The notes beneath the pieces were generated by a model, which was given only the letters and a program-made list of their open reading frames with translations, was not told where the DNA came from and ran no database searches. This document shows positions 55,315-64,000 of a DNA stretch of 64,000 nucleotides, one piece after another. Source of the stretch: Candidatus Latescibacterota bacterium (GTDB lineage: Bacteria > Latescibacterota > UBA2968 > UBA8231); contig CBDAOB010000004.1 in assembly GCA_965197905.1 (NCBI GenBank), positions 1,812,878 to 1,876,877 of the forward strand. The letters run 5' to 3'. A program made the translations under genes and the position numbers. Numbering within the stretch: position 1 is the first letter of the stretch; each line of letters opens with the position of its first letter.

Positions 55315-57742
55315 CGTTTCCGCGCTTCTTCTGGGCGCCCTGCTGCGCGTGTGGGCGCTGAATTTCGGATTGCCCTCCTGGCTGCACCCCGACGAATTCA
55401 GCTTCGTGTTTTTTCCGCTCAATTTCTGGAGCGGCGACCTCAACCCGCACTTCTTTACCTATCCCACGCTGCAGTACTACCTGCTCAGTCTGGCCTACCT
55501 CTGTTATTTTGGGGTCCAGTACGTGGCGGGGAGTGGCTTGTCCGCGGATCAGTTCGTCGCGTTTCACTACTTCTGGGACCGCACCGAGCTGTTGTCGATT
55601 GCGCGATCCCTTAGCGCGTTGATGGGCATCGCAACCGTCGGGTGCACGGCGCTGGTCGCGCGTGCGGCATACGGCCCGAGGGCGGGAGTCGTCGCCGCGT
55701 TTTTGATGGCGGTTTGCCCGCTTCACGTTCGTCAGTCGCACCTGGCCGGGGTGGACGCGGCGCTAACCTTATGGTTCACCGGGGCAGCGTGGGCGTCGTT
55801 GCGTCTGCTGCGGAAAAACAGTGCTCGCGACTACCTACTGGCAGGTCTGCTGGTGGGATTGGCCGGAGCCACGAAATATCCAGGTGCGATGGCGGGCACC
55901 GTCGTGCTGGGTGCACATCTGTTGGCGGGTCGGGGAGGAGGCGATCTGCGCCTCTACGGGGCAGGTGGCGCGGCGCTAGCCACTTTCTTTTTGTGCTCGC
56001 CCTATGTGCTGCTCGATTTCGAGGCGTTCCGCGCCTACTTCGAGCAGCAGGCGGCGCACCTCGGAGGGATGGGCGTCGGTGCTGCCGAGCTTGGTTGGTG
56101 GTATCACCTGCACGTCACGCTCGCCGACGGCGTCGGGTGGCCGCTCTTGATCCTCGGGACGGTCGCAGGATTCTGGCTAGCCCGTCAGCGCGGGCTCGAA
56201 ACCGCCGTCGTCCTCGTCGGTTTTCTGGGATTATTTCTCGTCGTCGGATCTGGACACCGGCTGTTCATGCGCTACGCCCTCCCACTGGCACCGCTGCTCA
56301 TCGTTCTTGCCGCCGGGTTGCTCGTCCGGATTCGCGGCAAAGCGTTAGCGGTGGCCGTTGTTTTGGTGGCGCTGCAGCCATTTTGGAGCTCGTTGCAGCA
56401 GGTGAGTTTGCTCGCGGGCACCGATACCCGAGTTGAAGCGCGCCGGTGGATGGAGGCGAACATTCCAGCGGGGACTCCCATCGCCAATTTCGGTGGTTGG
56501 GCCGGAGACGTCGGTGTGCGCTCCTTCGAACAGCTATGGTGGGAGGCGTCCCTGTTCGAACGAAGGTTCGGACGCGAACGCCTGCTGCAGGCTCTTGATT
56601 ATCTGGAAGGACTGGCGCCAGGCCCCCCGTACTTCAGCTACGGCATCCAGCGAACCAATCAGGAATCGGCAGCGGGCAGCTTTCCCGAGATCGAACGGCT
56701 GGATACGCCGTTTGTAGTGGTGCACCGGCATCCGCTGAACGCCTCGAGCATAGATTCCGCTTTCGCGCTCGAGCTGACCCTACGGGGGCGTCGGGTTTTT
56801 GAGGCAAAAGTCGAAGGGCTGTGGTCTGGTGCGGTGGTGTTCGATCCCTTCGACGCCTTCTACGTGCCGGTATCAGGGGCCGGCAAGCTGGAGCGGCCGG
56901 GGCCGGAGATCGAGATCTGGCAAATTCCAGGCGCTCCCGTACCCGAGCCGAATGCGCATACGGTTCGGGAGCTTTTCTCCCGCGCCTACACCCGCGGAAT
57001 CACCGAGACCCTGCAACGCCGCGGTTTGCAGGAAGCTAATGATCTGCTCCAACGGGCGAGCCGGCTGGACCCGGAAAACCCAGAGGTCTACTTCATCACC
57101 GGTTATTTCGCCCAACGTGCCAATAGTACGACGAAGGCGATCGAGAATTATGGCAGGTATCTGGAGCTGCAGCCCGCCAGTGTCGCCGCATACAATAACC
57201 TGGCCACTCTATATGAGGGCATGGGCGAAACGGATCGAGCCGAAGCCAGGCTGCTCGACCAGCTGCACCTGGCGTCCTGGAAACGATCGGCGCTTCTGGC
57301 GCTGGCAGGATTCTATCGGCGACAGGGCGAGTTCGCCAAAGCGGCCCAGTTCTACACCGTGTTGACGACCCGTTTCTCCGCTTATGCGGAAGATCACGAA
57401 CGCCTCGGGCTCACCTATGAGGAGCTGGCCCAGCCGACGGCGGCGGAATCTGCCTATCTGCGTGCGCTAAAGATCGACCGCAGGCGGGCTCGGGCGCACC
57501 TTTTGCTGGCGCGTCTTTTCCGTTCGCAAGGGCGTATCGCGGAGATGATAAAGGTGTGCCAGGCGTTAATCGGTTCCGATTCGAATCACCCCGAAGCACA
57601 CCAACATCTGGCCTACGGCTTTCGGCACATGGGACAACGAAAACTGGCGGCGCACCACGCCCGTAGGGCAATCGCCTTGGCGCCGGAGGATTCCAACTTG
57701 GCGCCGCTGCGGCACTGGCTCCAGGCCGGCGGCGATCGCTAA
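55295..57742 (+). CDS. GT-C glycosyltransferase family 39 (ArnT/PMT-like) membrane domain fused to C-terminal TPR repeats
   Basis: N-terminal ~500 aa polytopic with 'HPDEFSF' DE-type motif near the first loop, typical of GT39/ArnT-like enzymes. C-terminal TPR-like repeats. GTG start. Confidence 0.65.
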   Translation: MLTTSLIVSALLLGALLRVWALNFGLPSWLHPDEFSFVFFPLNFWSGDLNPHFFTYPTLQYYLLSLAYLCYFGVQYVAGSGLSADQFVAFHYFWDRTELLSIARSLSALMGIATVGCTALVARAAYGPRAGVVAAFLMAVCPLHVRQSHLAGVDAALTLWFTGAAWASLRLLRKNSARDYLLAGLLVGLAGATKYPGAMAGTVVLGAHLLAGRGGGDLRLYGAGGAALATFFLCSPYVLLDFEAFRAYFEQQAAHLGGMGVGAAELGWWYHLHVTLADGVGWPLLILGTVAGFWLARQRGLETAVVLVGFLGLFLVVGSGHRLFMRYALPLAPLLIVLAAGLLVRIRGKALAVAVVLVALQPFWSSLQQVSLLAGTDTRVEARRWMEANIPAGTPIANFGGWAGDVGVRSFEQLWWEASLFERRFGRERLLQALDYLEGLAPGPPYFSYGIQRTNQESAAGSFPEIERLDTPFVVVHRHPLNASSIDSAFALELTLRGRRVFEAKVEGLWSGAVVFDPFDAFYVPVSGAGKLERPGPEIEIWQIPGAPVPEPNAHTVRELFSRAYTRGITETLQRRGLQEANDLLQRASRLDPENPEVYFITGYFAQRANSTTKAIENYGRYLELQPASVAAYNNLATLYEGMGETDRAEARLLDQLHLASWKRSALLALAGFYRRQGEFAKAAQFYTVLTTRFSAYAEDHERLGLTYEELAQPTAAESAYLRALKIDRRRARAHLLLARLFRSQGRIAEMIKVCQALIGSDSNHPEAHQHLAYGFRHMGQRKLAAHHARRAIALAPEDSNLAPLRHWLQAGGDR

Positions 57743-57772
57743 ACACTCTTCGAGCGGCAAACGACGCGGCCG

Positions 57773-57797
57773 GCGCTCCCTCCGAGCGCAGATTTTC
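57773..57797 (+). terminator. Stem-loop terminator after the GT39-TPR gene
   Basis: GCGCTC-CCTCC-GAGCGC, perfect 6-bp GC stem followed by AGATTTTCTT. Confidence 0.4.
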
Positions 57798-57864
57798 TTA
57801 TCGTATATTCCCGGGGTATCCCACCCAGGTTCCTTTTCGCGACGGTGAAGAAGGTTCAACCAAC

Positions 57865-58638
57865 ATGCAAACCATAGAATCAGAAACCAATCCTTTCGGC
57901 GGCGTACTTCCCAAGCCGGAGGCGTTGCACAGCGATCCCGGCGCTTTCGCCGCCCAACTGTCCCACTCTGTCGAATCGTGGCGCAGGGACGGACATCGCC
58001 TGGTCTGGTTAGAGGTACCCATCCACAAATCTCAGCTGATTCCGATCGCCGTGGAGGCTGAATTCCAGTTCCACCACAGCACCCACAACTATTTAATGTT
58101 GACCCACCGCCTTGAGGAGGGCGCCTTCATTCCCGCTCACGCTTCGCACTACATCGGCGCCGGCGGGGTCGTGCTAGATGCGCGGGACCGGCTTCTGGTG
58201 GTGAGCGAACTTTATCACCGGGCCGACAACCAGCCACCGCGATATAAACTGCCGGGGGGCGCGCTTCACGAGGGGGAGCACCTGGCCGAGGCGGTGGTGC
58301 GCGAGGTTCGAGAGGAAACCGGTGTGGAGACCCGCTTCGACGCGCTGGTCTGTTTTCGGCACTGGCACGGATACCGCTACGGCAAGTCCGACATCTATTT
58401 CGTCTGTCGCTTACACCCGCTGAGTGCAGAGATCTTCATCCAAGAAGAGGAGATTGCCGAGTGTATCTGGATGCCGGTGGATGATTATCTGCAGGCGGAA
58501 CAGGTGAGTGCGTTCAACAAAGAGATTGTGCGGACCGCAAGGAACAGCCCGGGCGTGGTGCTCCGGGAGATGGAAGGATACGCGGATCCATCGCGCTACG
58601 AATTATTTATGCCGGCCGAGCTCCGGCGAGCGCGTTAG
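57865..58638 (+). CDS. Nudix hydrolase, NUDT6-like (N-terminal pre-Nudix domain + Nudix domain)
   Basis: Nudix box 'GGALHEGEHLAEAVVREVREETGV'; preceding ~120-aa domain as in the NUDT6/GFG family. Confidence 0.75.
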   Translation: MQTIESETNPFGGVLPKPEALHSDPGAFAAQLSHSVESWRRDGHRLVWLEVPIHKSQLIPIAVEAEFQFHHSTHNYLMLTHRLEEGAFIPAHASHYIGAGGVVLDARDRLLVVSELYHRADNQPPRYKLPGGALHEGEHLAEAVVREVREETGVETRFDALVCFRHWHGYRYGKSDIYFVCRLHPLSAEIFIQEEEIAECIWMPVDDYLQAEQVSAFNKEIVRTARNSPGVVLREMEGYADPSRYELFMPAELRRAR

Positions 58639-59614
58639 GTAGCACCTCCGGATTAATCACGTGTTGGGGCGTCCGACCGGAGAAGAGGTCCACCACCGAC
58701 TGGCCAGCCATGTGGGCCATCTTGCGACGCGCGCTCAGGGTCAGGGATCCCACATGGGAGGTGGCGACGACGTTGGGTAGCGCGACCAACTCCCGGGACC
58801 GCCCCACCGGTGGCTCAGTGACCTGGCAGTCGAGACCGGCCCCCTTCAGGTGACCGTCCTTGAGAGCGGTTATCAACGCCGCTTCGTCCACCAATCCGCC
58901 TCGCGCCGTATTGATCAAATACGATCCCGGTTTCATGGCGCCCAGGAAACGCGCATCTACCAGCCCCCTGTTGTCGTCGGTCAACGGCAGATGCAGACTC
59001 ACCACGTCTGCTTGCTGCAAGAGTTCCTCGAGGGACAATACTTCGCAGCCCAGGGCGCGGATGAACTCGGCGTCCGCCCAGGGATCGTGGACTACGGCGG
59101 TCATGCCAAATCCGGCGGCACGTTGCACCACCTTGGTTCCGATCAGACCGCAGCCAACAATTCCCAGGGTCAAACTCTCCAGGTCCTCGCCGATAGGCGG
59201 CACCCATTCGCCACCGGATTTTAGATGAGCATCGTTGGCGGAGATGTGACGCACCAGTGCCAATAGCAATCCGAAGGTCAGGTCAGCTACCGTGGGCGCC
59301 ATGGCGCCCGGCGTATTGGTAACCACGACCCCGGCTCGGGTGCAGTGGTCGACGTCGACGCGATCGTACCCCACGCCGTACCGCGCCACGATGCGCAGAC
59401 GGCCGGCTCTCGCCATGGTGTCGGCGTTGAAACGTTCGTTTCCGGCCACGATCCCATCGACATCCGCCAGCTTTTCGCGCGTGTCGTCGTCGGCCCAGTC
59501 GGGACCGCCATATTCATCGCTCGGCTCGAAGCCGGCCTCGCGCAGCACAGTTAGCACCGGGTTGTCGCCACCAAACTCCGTCCGCACACTAATGAGAATT
59601 CGTTTCTTGTCCAC
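58607..59614 (-). CDS. D-isomer-specific 2-hydroxyacid dehydrogenase (D-3-phosphoglycerate dehydrogenase-like)
   Basis: NAD-binding 'GIVGCGLIGTKV', catalytic 'NTARGGLVD', 'VVATSHVGSLT' His. Confidence 0.8.
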   Translation of the reverse strand: MDKKRILISVRTEFGGDNPVLTVLREAGFEPSDEYGGPDWADDDTREKLADVDGIVAGNERFNADTMARAGRLRIVARYGVGYDRVDVDHCTRAGVVVTNTPGAMAPTVADLTFGLLLALVRHISANDAHLKSGGEWVPPIGEDLESLTLGIVGCGLIGTKVVQRAAGFGMTAVVHDPWADAEFIRALGCEVLSLEELLQQADVVSLHLPLTDDNRGLVDARFLGAMKPGSYLINTARGGLVDEAALITALKDGHLKGAGLDCQVTEPPVGRSRELVALPNVVATSHVGSLTLSARRKMAHMAGQSVVDLFSGRTPQHVINPEVLPNALAGARPA

Positions 59615-59758
59615 AGTTGAATCGTTGACCGAACGGTCTTAGAATAGACACAAGCTCGTCGTGTAATCCGCGAGAGCGCCCAAGTATAGAGCGTTTCATT
59701 CAGGAGTCAAGCAAGGTCGATGCTGCTGCATATCGTCTCCAGATCCTGCTGTAAATCG

Positions 59759-60289
59759 ATGCGAATCCTCATCGGTGGGCTGGTCGTATCCGCGTTGGTC
59801 GCCTGTTCTCCCTCCGGAATCTTCCGGCGCGAACTGGTGTTCACGAGCGAGGATCTTCAGGCGAAACTGACACAGAAATTTCCGCGCAAAGAGAAACACC
59901 CGCTCATGGCCGTCACCTTCAGCAATCCGGAGATCCTGTTGGAACCCGGCGCCGATGCCATGGGGATTCGTCTCGAAATCAAGATGGCGCCTCGGTTGGG
60001 CAAGCAGCGCAAGGGCAAGGTAGTGGCAGAAGGCGGCATCGAGTACCGTCCGCAGCGTGGCGAGTTCTTCATCGTCAGGCCCAAGGTCATATCGATCGAG
60101 CTCGACGATCTAAAAGGGAAGTACGAGAAGAGCGTACGGTCGGTCGCCGACCGAATCGTCGAACAATATCTGTCCGAGGTTGCGGTGTATCGGCTGGATC
60201 AAAAGGATTTCAAACAGAAAGTGGCCAAGCTGGTGCTCAAATCGGTCGACATAAGAGACGGCAAGCTCGTGGTCGTCGTGGGATTGTAG
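59759..60289 (+). CDS. DUF1439 (YceB-like) lipoprotein
   Basis: Lipobox LVVSALVAC|S from ATG 59759; the remainder resembles the YceB/DUF1439 family pattern ('PEILLEPGADAMGIRLEIK...'). Confidence 0.5.
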   Translation: MRILIGGLVVSALVACSPSGIFRRELVFTSEDLQAKLTQKFPRKEKHPLMAVTFSNPEILLEPGADAMGIRLEIKMAPRLGKQRKGKVVAEGGIEYRPQRGEFFIVRPKVISIELDDLKGKYEKSVRSVADRIVEQYLSEVAVYRLDQKDFKQKVAKLVLKSVDIRDGKLVVVVGL

Positions 60290-60295
60290 GGCATA

Positions 60296-61354
60296 ATGTT
60301 CAAGGTTACAGACGATCTGAGAATCGCCGACTTGCGCCCCCTGATACCACCGGCAATTCTCATGGAGCAGTTCCCGATCAGTGAAACCGCCTCCAACACG
60401 GTCACCGCCGCTCGCGAGCAGGCAGCCTGCATTATCGACGGCGGCGATGACCGATTGCTAGTGGTGGTGGGTCCCTGTTCCATCCACGACCCAAAAGCTG
60501 CGCTCGAGTACGGGAGCCGGCTCAAAGAGAAGGCGCTGCGGCTACGGAGCGAACTGTGCATTCTCATGCGGGTGTATTTCGAGAAACCTCGCACGACCGT
60601 CGGATGGAAAGGGTTGATCAACGATCCGCGGTTGGATGGCAGTTTTGCCATCAATGAGGGTCTGCAACTAGCCCGGAGCTTATTGCTGGAACTCGGCAAT
60701 ATGGGTTTGGCAGTGGGCTCCGAGTTCCTCGATACCATCACGCCACAGTTCATCGCCGACCTGATTTCCTGGGGAGCGATCGGGGCCCGCACTACCGAGA
60801 GTCAGATTCACCGGGAGCTCGCCTCAGGTCTTTCCATGCCGGTAGGGTTCAAGAATGGCACCGACGGCAACGTACAGATCGTCGTGGATGCCATCGGAGC
60901 CGCGCGCAACCCACACCACTTCTTGTCGGTCACCAAGCAGGGCATCTCGGCTATCGTTGCCACCGAAGGAAACGACAGCTGCCATCCCATTCTGCGGGGT
61001 TCAACGGTCGGTCCAAACTACGACGAGATGGACATTCAGCGGCTGGGGGCGACGTTGGAAAAAGCCGGTTTGGGCAACCGGATCATGATCGACTGCAGCC
61101 ATGGCAACAGCGAGAAGGACCACACGCGGCAACCGCTGGTCGCCGAAAGAGTGGCCGGGATGGTTGCTTCAGGGAATGAGAGGATCTGTGGCGCTATGCT
61201 TGAAAGCCATTTAATAGGTGGGAGGCAGGACAACAAACCCGGCGCCGAACTGGCCTACGGCCAAAGCATTACCGACGCGTGCATCAGCTGGGAGGAGACG
61301 GTCCCGGTTCTCGAGGTGTTTGCCGAGGCGGTGCGCCAACGGCGCGGGTCTTGA
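60296..61354 (+). CDS. aroG: 3-deoxy-7-phosphoheptulonate (DAHP) synthase, class I-alpha (AroG/AroF type)
   Basis: 'LLVVVGPCSIHD', 'KPRTTVGWKGL', 'GARTTESQIHRELASG', 'IMIDCSHGNS' canonical class I DAHP synthase motifs. Confidence 0.85.
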   Translation: MFKVTDDLRIADLRPLIPPAILMEQFPISETASNTVTAAREQAACIIDGGDDRLLVVVGPCSIHDPKAALEYGSRLKEKALRLRSELCILMRVYFEKPRTTVGWKGLINDPRLDGSFAINEGLQLARSLLLELGNMGLAVGSEFLDTITPQFIADLISWGAIGARTTESQIHRELASGLSMPVGFKNGTDGNVQIVVDAIGAARNPHHFLSVTKQGISAIVATEGNDSCHPILRGSTVGPNYDEMDIQRLGATLEKAGLGNRIMIDCSHGNSEKDHTRQPLVAERVAGMVASGNERICGAMLESHLIGGRQDNKPGAELAYGQSITDACISWEETVPVLEVFAEAVRQRRGS

Positions 61355-61372
61355 GACGGGCGCCTCAAGACC
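61347..61372. terminator. Perfect 9-bp inverted repeat between convergent aroG and CBS genes (possible bidirectional terminator; no T-tract)
   Basis: GGTCTTGAG-acgggcgc-CTCAAGACC overlapping the aroG stop codon. Confidence 0.3.
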
Positions 61373-61386
61373 CCGGTCAGACCATC

Positions 61387-61908
61387 CTACCCGACAATAT
61401 CTCCGCTGGGTCGTTCAATCTCTTTGCTCATCTGCTCTTTTGCCTGATCGAGCGAGGTGAAATGCCAGTCCTCGTAGTAGTCCCAACTGACCACCGCGTT
61501 TAGTGCTTCCAGCTCTCGCGTCTTTTCGTGCAGGTTGGCCCGAATGACATCGCCGATGGAGAGCAGCCCGATAAAATCCCCGTTCTTCTCGACCGGCAAA
61601 TGGCGAACGCGCAGGCCGAGGAACTTATCCATTAGATTGTAAAGGGTGTCTGTATGTGGAGCGGAATGCAACTCCGTAACCATGAACTCGGCGACGGTGG
61701 TTGTTTTCGGATCGAAACCCTCTTCGAGGGTGTTGCGCAGCAAATCCCGCTCCGTCCACACACCCACAATCTCTTCGTTTTCCCGAACCAGAATGGCGCC
61801 CACTTTGTTGGCGACCATGATCCGCACCGCTTCGTAGATCAAGGTGTCGCGGGTGACGCTGAGCGTTTCCCTGTTCTTTTCCCTGATGATATCCTCGGCG
61901 GTTTTCAT
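61387..61908 (-). CDS. CBS domain-pair protein
   Basis: Two CBS motifs ('VGAILV..NEEIVGVWTERDLLR', 'VRHLPV.KNGDFIGLLSIGDVIRA'). Confidence 0.7.
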   Translation of the reverse strand: MKTAEDIIREKNRETLSVTRDTLIYEAVRIMVANKVGAILVRENEEIVGVWTERDLLRNTLEEGFDPKTTTVAEFMVTELHSAPHTDTLYNLMDKFLGLRVRHLPVEKNGDFIGLLSIGDVIRANLHEKTRELEALNAVVSWDYYEDWHFTSLDQAKEQMSKEIERPSGDIVG

Positions 61909-61938
61909 GGTATCCTCCGATGTGTTATAGAAAAGGCG

Positions 61939-62628
61939 TTACTGCGATAGTTTCGAGGCGTACTGAACCGTTAGATCGACTGCATCCTCGATGGCGACCT
62001 TCGAGGTATTGATGGTCAGGTGGTACAACAGCGGGTTGTCCCAATTCGAATTGTGGTAGTTGTGGAGGTACAGTTTGCGCCACTTGTCATGTTGCTCGAC
62101 CAGTTGTTTGGCGCTATCAAAGTCCATCTCCCTCGATTCCATGATCCGCTCGCACCGCTCCTTGAAGGGCGCTACAATCTTTATGTGCACCGCCCGCGGG
62201 TGTTCCGCCAGAATCACCTGGCTCGCTCTTCCCACGATAACCGCTTTGTCCGCCTCCCCGAAATCCTGCACCAGGGTGGTGATGAGTAAGAGGTACGCGC
62301 CCCGATCGAGGTAGGTAGCTTCGTTGCTGGAGCCACTCTCACTGATATAGGGGAACTCCAGCCCGAATTCGGGGAAGTACGCCGCCGATGCCAGCGGAAA
62401 GCCGCCCTGGCCCATCTCAGGTACCAAGAGGCGGCGCAGGAAAAACTTGACCCGCCCTTCGCCCTTCTCATCCAGCTGCTCAACCTCTTCCGCCGTCGTA
62501 TCGGTAATGGAAGCGATCTCCTCGACCAGCCTGCGGTCGACCAGCTCGCACTCGAGGCGCTCGGACAATTTCTGGGCGACCACGTCTCCGCCACTGCCGA
62601 TCTGTCTGGCCACGCTGATTATAGCCAT
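61939..62628 (-). CDS. Cytidylate kinase-like family protein (Cytidylate_kin2)
   Basis: P-loop-like 'ISVARQIGSGGDVVAQKLSERL' and overall layout of the cytidylate-kinase-like family. Confidence 0.6.
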   Translation of the reverse strand: MAIISVARQIGSGGDVVAQKLSERLECELVDRRLVEEIASITDTTAEEVEQLDEKGEGRVKFFLRRLLVPEMGQGGFPLASAAYFPEFGLEFPYISESGSSNEATYLDRGAYLLLITTLVQDFGEADKAVIVGRASQVILAEHPRAVHIKIVAPFKERCERIMESREMDFDSAKQLVEQHDKWRKLYLHNYHNSNWDNPLLYHLTINTSKVAIEDAVDLTVQYASKLSQ

Positions 62629-62801
62629 CAGGATGTCCTCAACGACAAGCCTACACTACCTTGTTAGAAACCGAATTCATTCGGCAGTTCCACGCCCACC
62701 CAAGTCCTCAGGTACCATAAAAACAAAAAAAGGTACGATTCTCAAGTTCTAAGATTTCACCGTTTTCCGGGGGAAATGACCGCCCATGAGACACGAGGGC
62801 T

Positions 62802-63632
62802 TCAGTCGGTGGGGATGAGTTCGAGATTGCGCGTCAGGCGTCCCATGACGACCCTGGCGCCGTGGGCGAAGATCAGCAGCCACTCCTCTTCTACCGCGCG
62901 TTTTAACATCACTTCTTTGTTGCGCATGGTGTCCCGGGGGAAAAGGTCGAATCCCATGACGTAGTGGGTTTTCAGGTGTGAGGGCGTGGGAACCAGGTCT
63001 CCGAGGAAGCAGGCGATTTTGTCGCCCGAGCGGATTATCACCGACTTATGGTGCGCGGTATGCCCTGGCGTGGGGACGACCTCGACCCCATCGGCGATCT
63101 CCTCCGTTGCTGCGGTCAGCTTCAACTGCCCGGAGGTTTGGACCGATTCCCACGTCCACGGCAGGTAGCTCGAGCGGCTGCGCGGATCGGGTGCCTGCGC
63201 GTAAGCGAACTCGTTGCGGTCCGCGAAGTACTGCGCACCGGGAAAAGCCGGCACCAGATCTCCATTCTTGTCGTGAATACAGTTGCCACCGCAGTGATCG
63301 AAATGGAGGTGGGTCAGCACCACCTTGGTTACGTCGGCGCGATCCAGACCGCGACCGGCCAATCCTCGATGCAGATCGGTCTCGTTCTTATCGACGGCGT
63401 AGAGGTAGGCGAATTTCTCATCGTAGTTGGAGCCCAGTCCGGTCTCGATGAGAATGGAATCGTCGGGGGTGCGCACCAGAAGGGTGTTCAGGCCGAGCAG
63501 AATGCGGTTGCGGTCGTCCGCGGGATCGGTTTTCTCCCAAAGCGGTTTTGGGATGCTGCCAAACATGGCACCGCCGTCGAGCCGAAAGGTGCCGTCGCTG
63601 ATGACGGTCAGCTCGAATCTGTCCAGTTCCAT
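62802..63632 (-). CDS. Metallo-beta-lactamase-fold hydrolase
   Basis: 'THLHFDHCGG' HxHxDH zinc motif, plus downstream His ('PGHTAHH') and Asp residues. Confidence 0.75.
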   Translation of the reverse strand: MELDRFELTVISDGTFRLDGGAMFGSIPKPLWEKTDPADDRNRILLGLNTLLVRTPDDSILIETGLGSNYDEKFAYLYAVDKNETDLHRGLAGRGLDRADVTKVVLTHLHFDHCGGNCIHDKNGDLVPAFPGAQYFADRNEFAYAQAPDPRSRSSYLPWTWESVQTSGQLKLTAATEEIADGVEVVPTPGHTAHHKSVIIRSGDKIACFLGDLVPTPSHLKTHYVMGFDLFPRDTMRNKEVMLKRAVEEEWLLIFAHGARVVMGRLTRNLELIPTD

Positions 63633-63648
63633 GGGCGGTCGTCTGGGG

Positions 63649-64000
63649 TCAGAACCAGCGAATTACCACATCGCCCACGACGAATCCGACGATGGCGATA
63701 CCCATGCCCACGGCAAACATCTCCATGCCGCTGCGAATCATGCTGCGGCCGGTGAAAATGCTGCGTGCGGCACCGACGGCGAAATGCGACAGCATCGCCA
63801 CGACAAAAGCGCACCAAATCGCCAGGTAGCCATCCAGGAATAGAAACGGGGCCACCGGGATCATGGCTCCCAAAGCAGTAGCGAATCCGGTCAACCATCC
63901 TTCCTTGACCGGCGTGACGTGCGCTCCGCTGATGTGCAGCTCGTCCCGAACCTGTTCTTCGAGGGCGCGCTCAGGATCGCGCATCAGGGCGCGGGCCATC
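63649..64000 (-). CDS. VIT1/CCC1-family transporter, C-terminal part (gene continues beyond window end)
   Basis: Three C-terminal TM helices and the conserved cytoplasmic helix pattern of the VIT family. Partial at the window edge. Confidence 0.55.
   Translation of the reverse strand, partial: MARALMRDPERALEEQVRDELHISGAHVTPVKEGWLTGFATALGAMIPVAPFLFLDGYLAIWCAFVVAMLSHFAVGAARSIFTGRSMIRSGMEMFAVGMGIAIVGFVVGDVVIRWF

Noticed and set aside
62629-62801. EcoRI-site-containing palindrome CCGAATTCATTCGG and A-rich tract as a regulatory element or small RNA
   Set aside because: Short (6-bp arms), single occurrence, and located in an ordinary promoter/terminator gap between two minus-strand genes; insufficient evidence for anything beyond a transcription signal.

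Overview
This is a high-GC (about 64-65%), gene-dense bacterial chromosomal segment; nearly all long ORFs are real genes and most antisense ORFs in the track are GC-frame artefacts. Gene content points to an FCB-superphylum-like organism, although the lineage cannot be fixed from sequence alone: C-terminal T9SS-type sorting domains on a zinc metalloprotease and a giant gingipain-like C25 peptidase, a GldA/GldF/GldG-like ABC cluster with DUF4340, and a lipoprotein glutaminyl cyclase. Housekeeping genes present: tRNA-Leu(CAA), gltA, gltBD, hpf, aroG-type DAHP synthase, serA-like dehydrogenase, folE2, PduO-type adenosyltransferase, sigma-70-family sigma factor. Most notable items: (1) a complete En-minus group II intron, with 5' GUGCG, RT/maturase ORF carrying YADD, a canonical domain V with AGC triad and GNRA loop, and a domain VI bulged A, inserted in-frame inside a heparinase II/III-like lyase gene that also carries dockerin-like repeats and an apparent frameshift; (2) an orphan secretin (860 aa) with an ~300-aa C-terminal extension, driven by a consensus TTGACA-N17-TATGAT promoter, followed by a lipoprotein and with no T2SS/T4P partners; (3) two diverged floA (flotillin) paralogs ~5 kb apart, one in an NfeD-NfeD-FloA operon, the other C-terminally truncated behind a lower-GC sigma-factor gene; (4) two paralogous secreted proteins combining an internal FlgD-Ig/T9SS-CTD-like beta-sandwich with FGE-sulfatase domains, bracketing a 14-kb segment in inverted orientation next to the gingipain-like gene; (5) a TrpD-like gene decaying by a 2-nt frameshift plus an in-frame TAA; (6) a translationally coupled LicC-like nucleotidyltransferase / MetE-like pair next to a GT39-TPR glycosyltransferase. 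No CRISPR array, rRNA, prophage or recognisable defence or toxin-antitoxin module was found; none of the candidates can be shown to be a genuinely new system without database searches.
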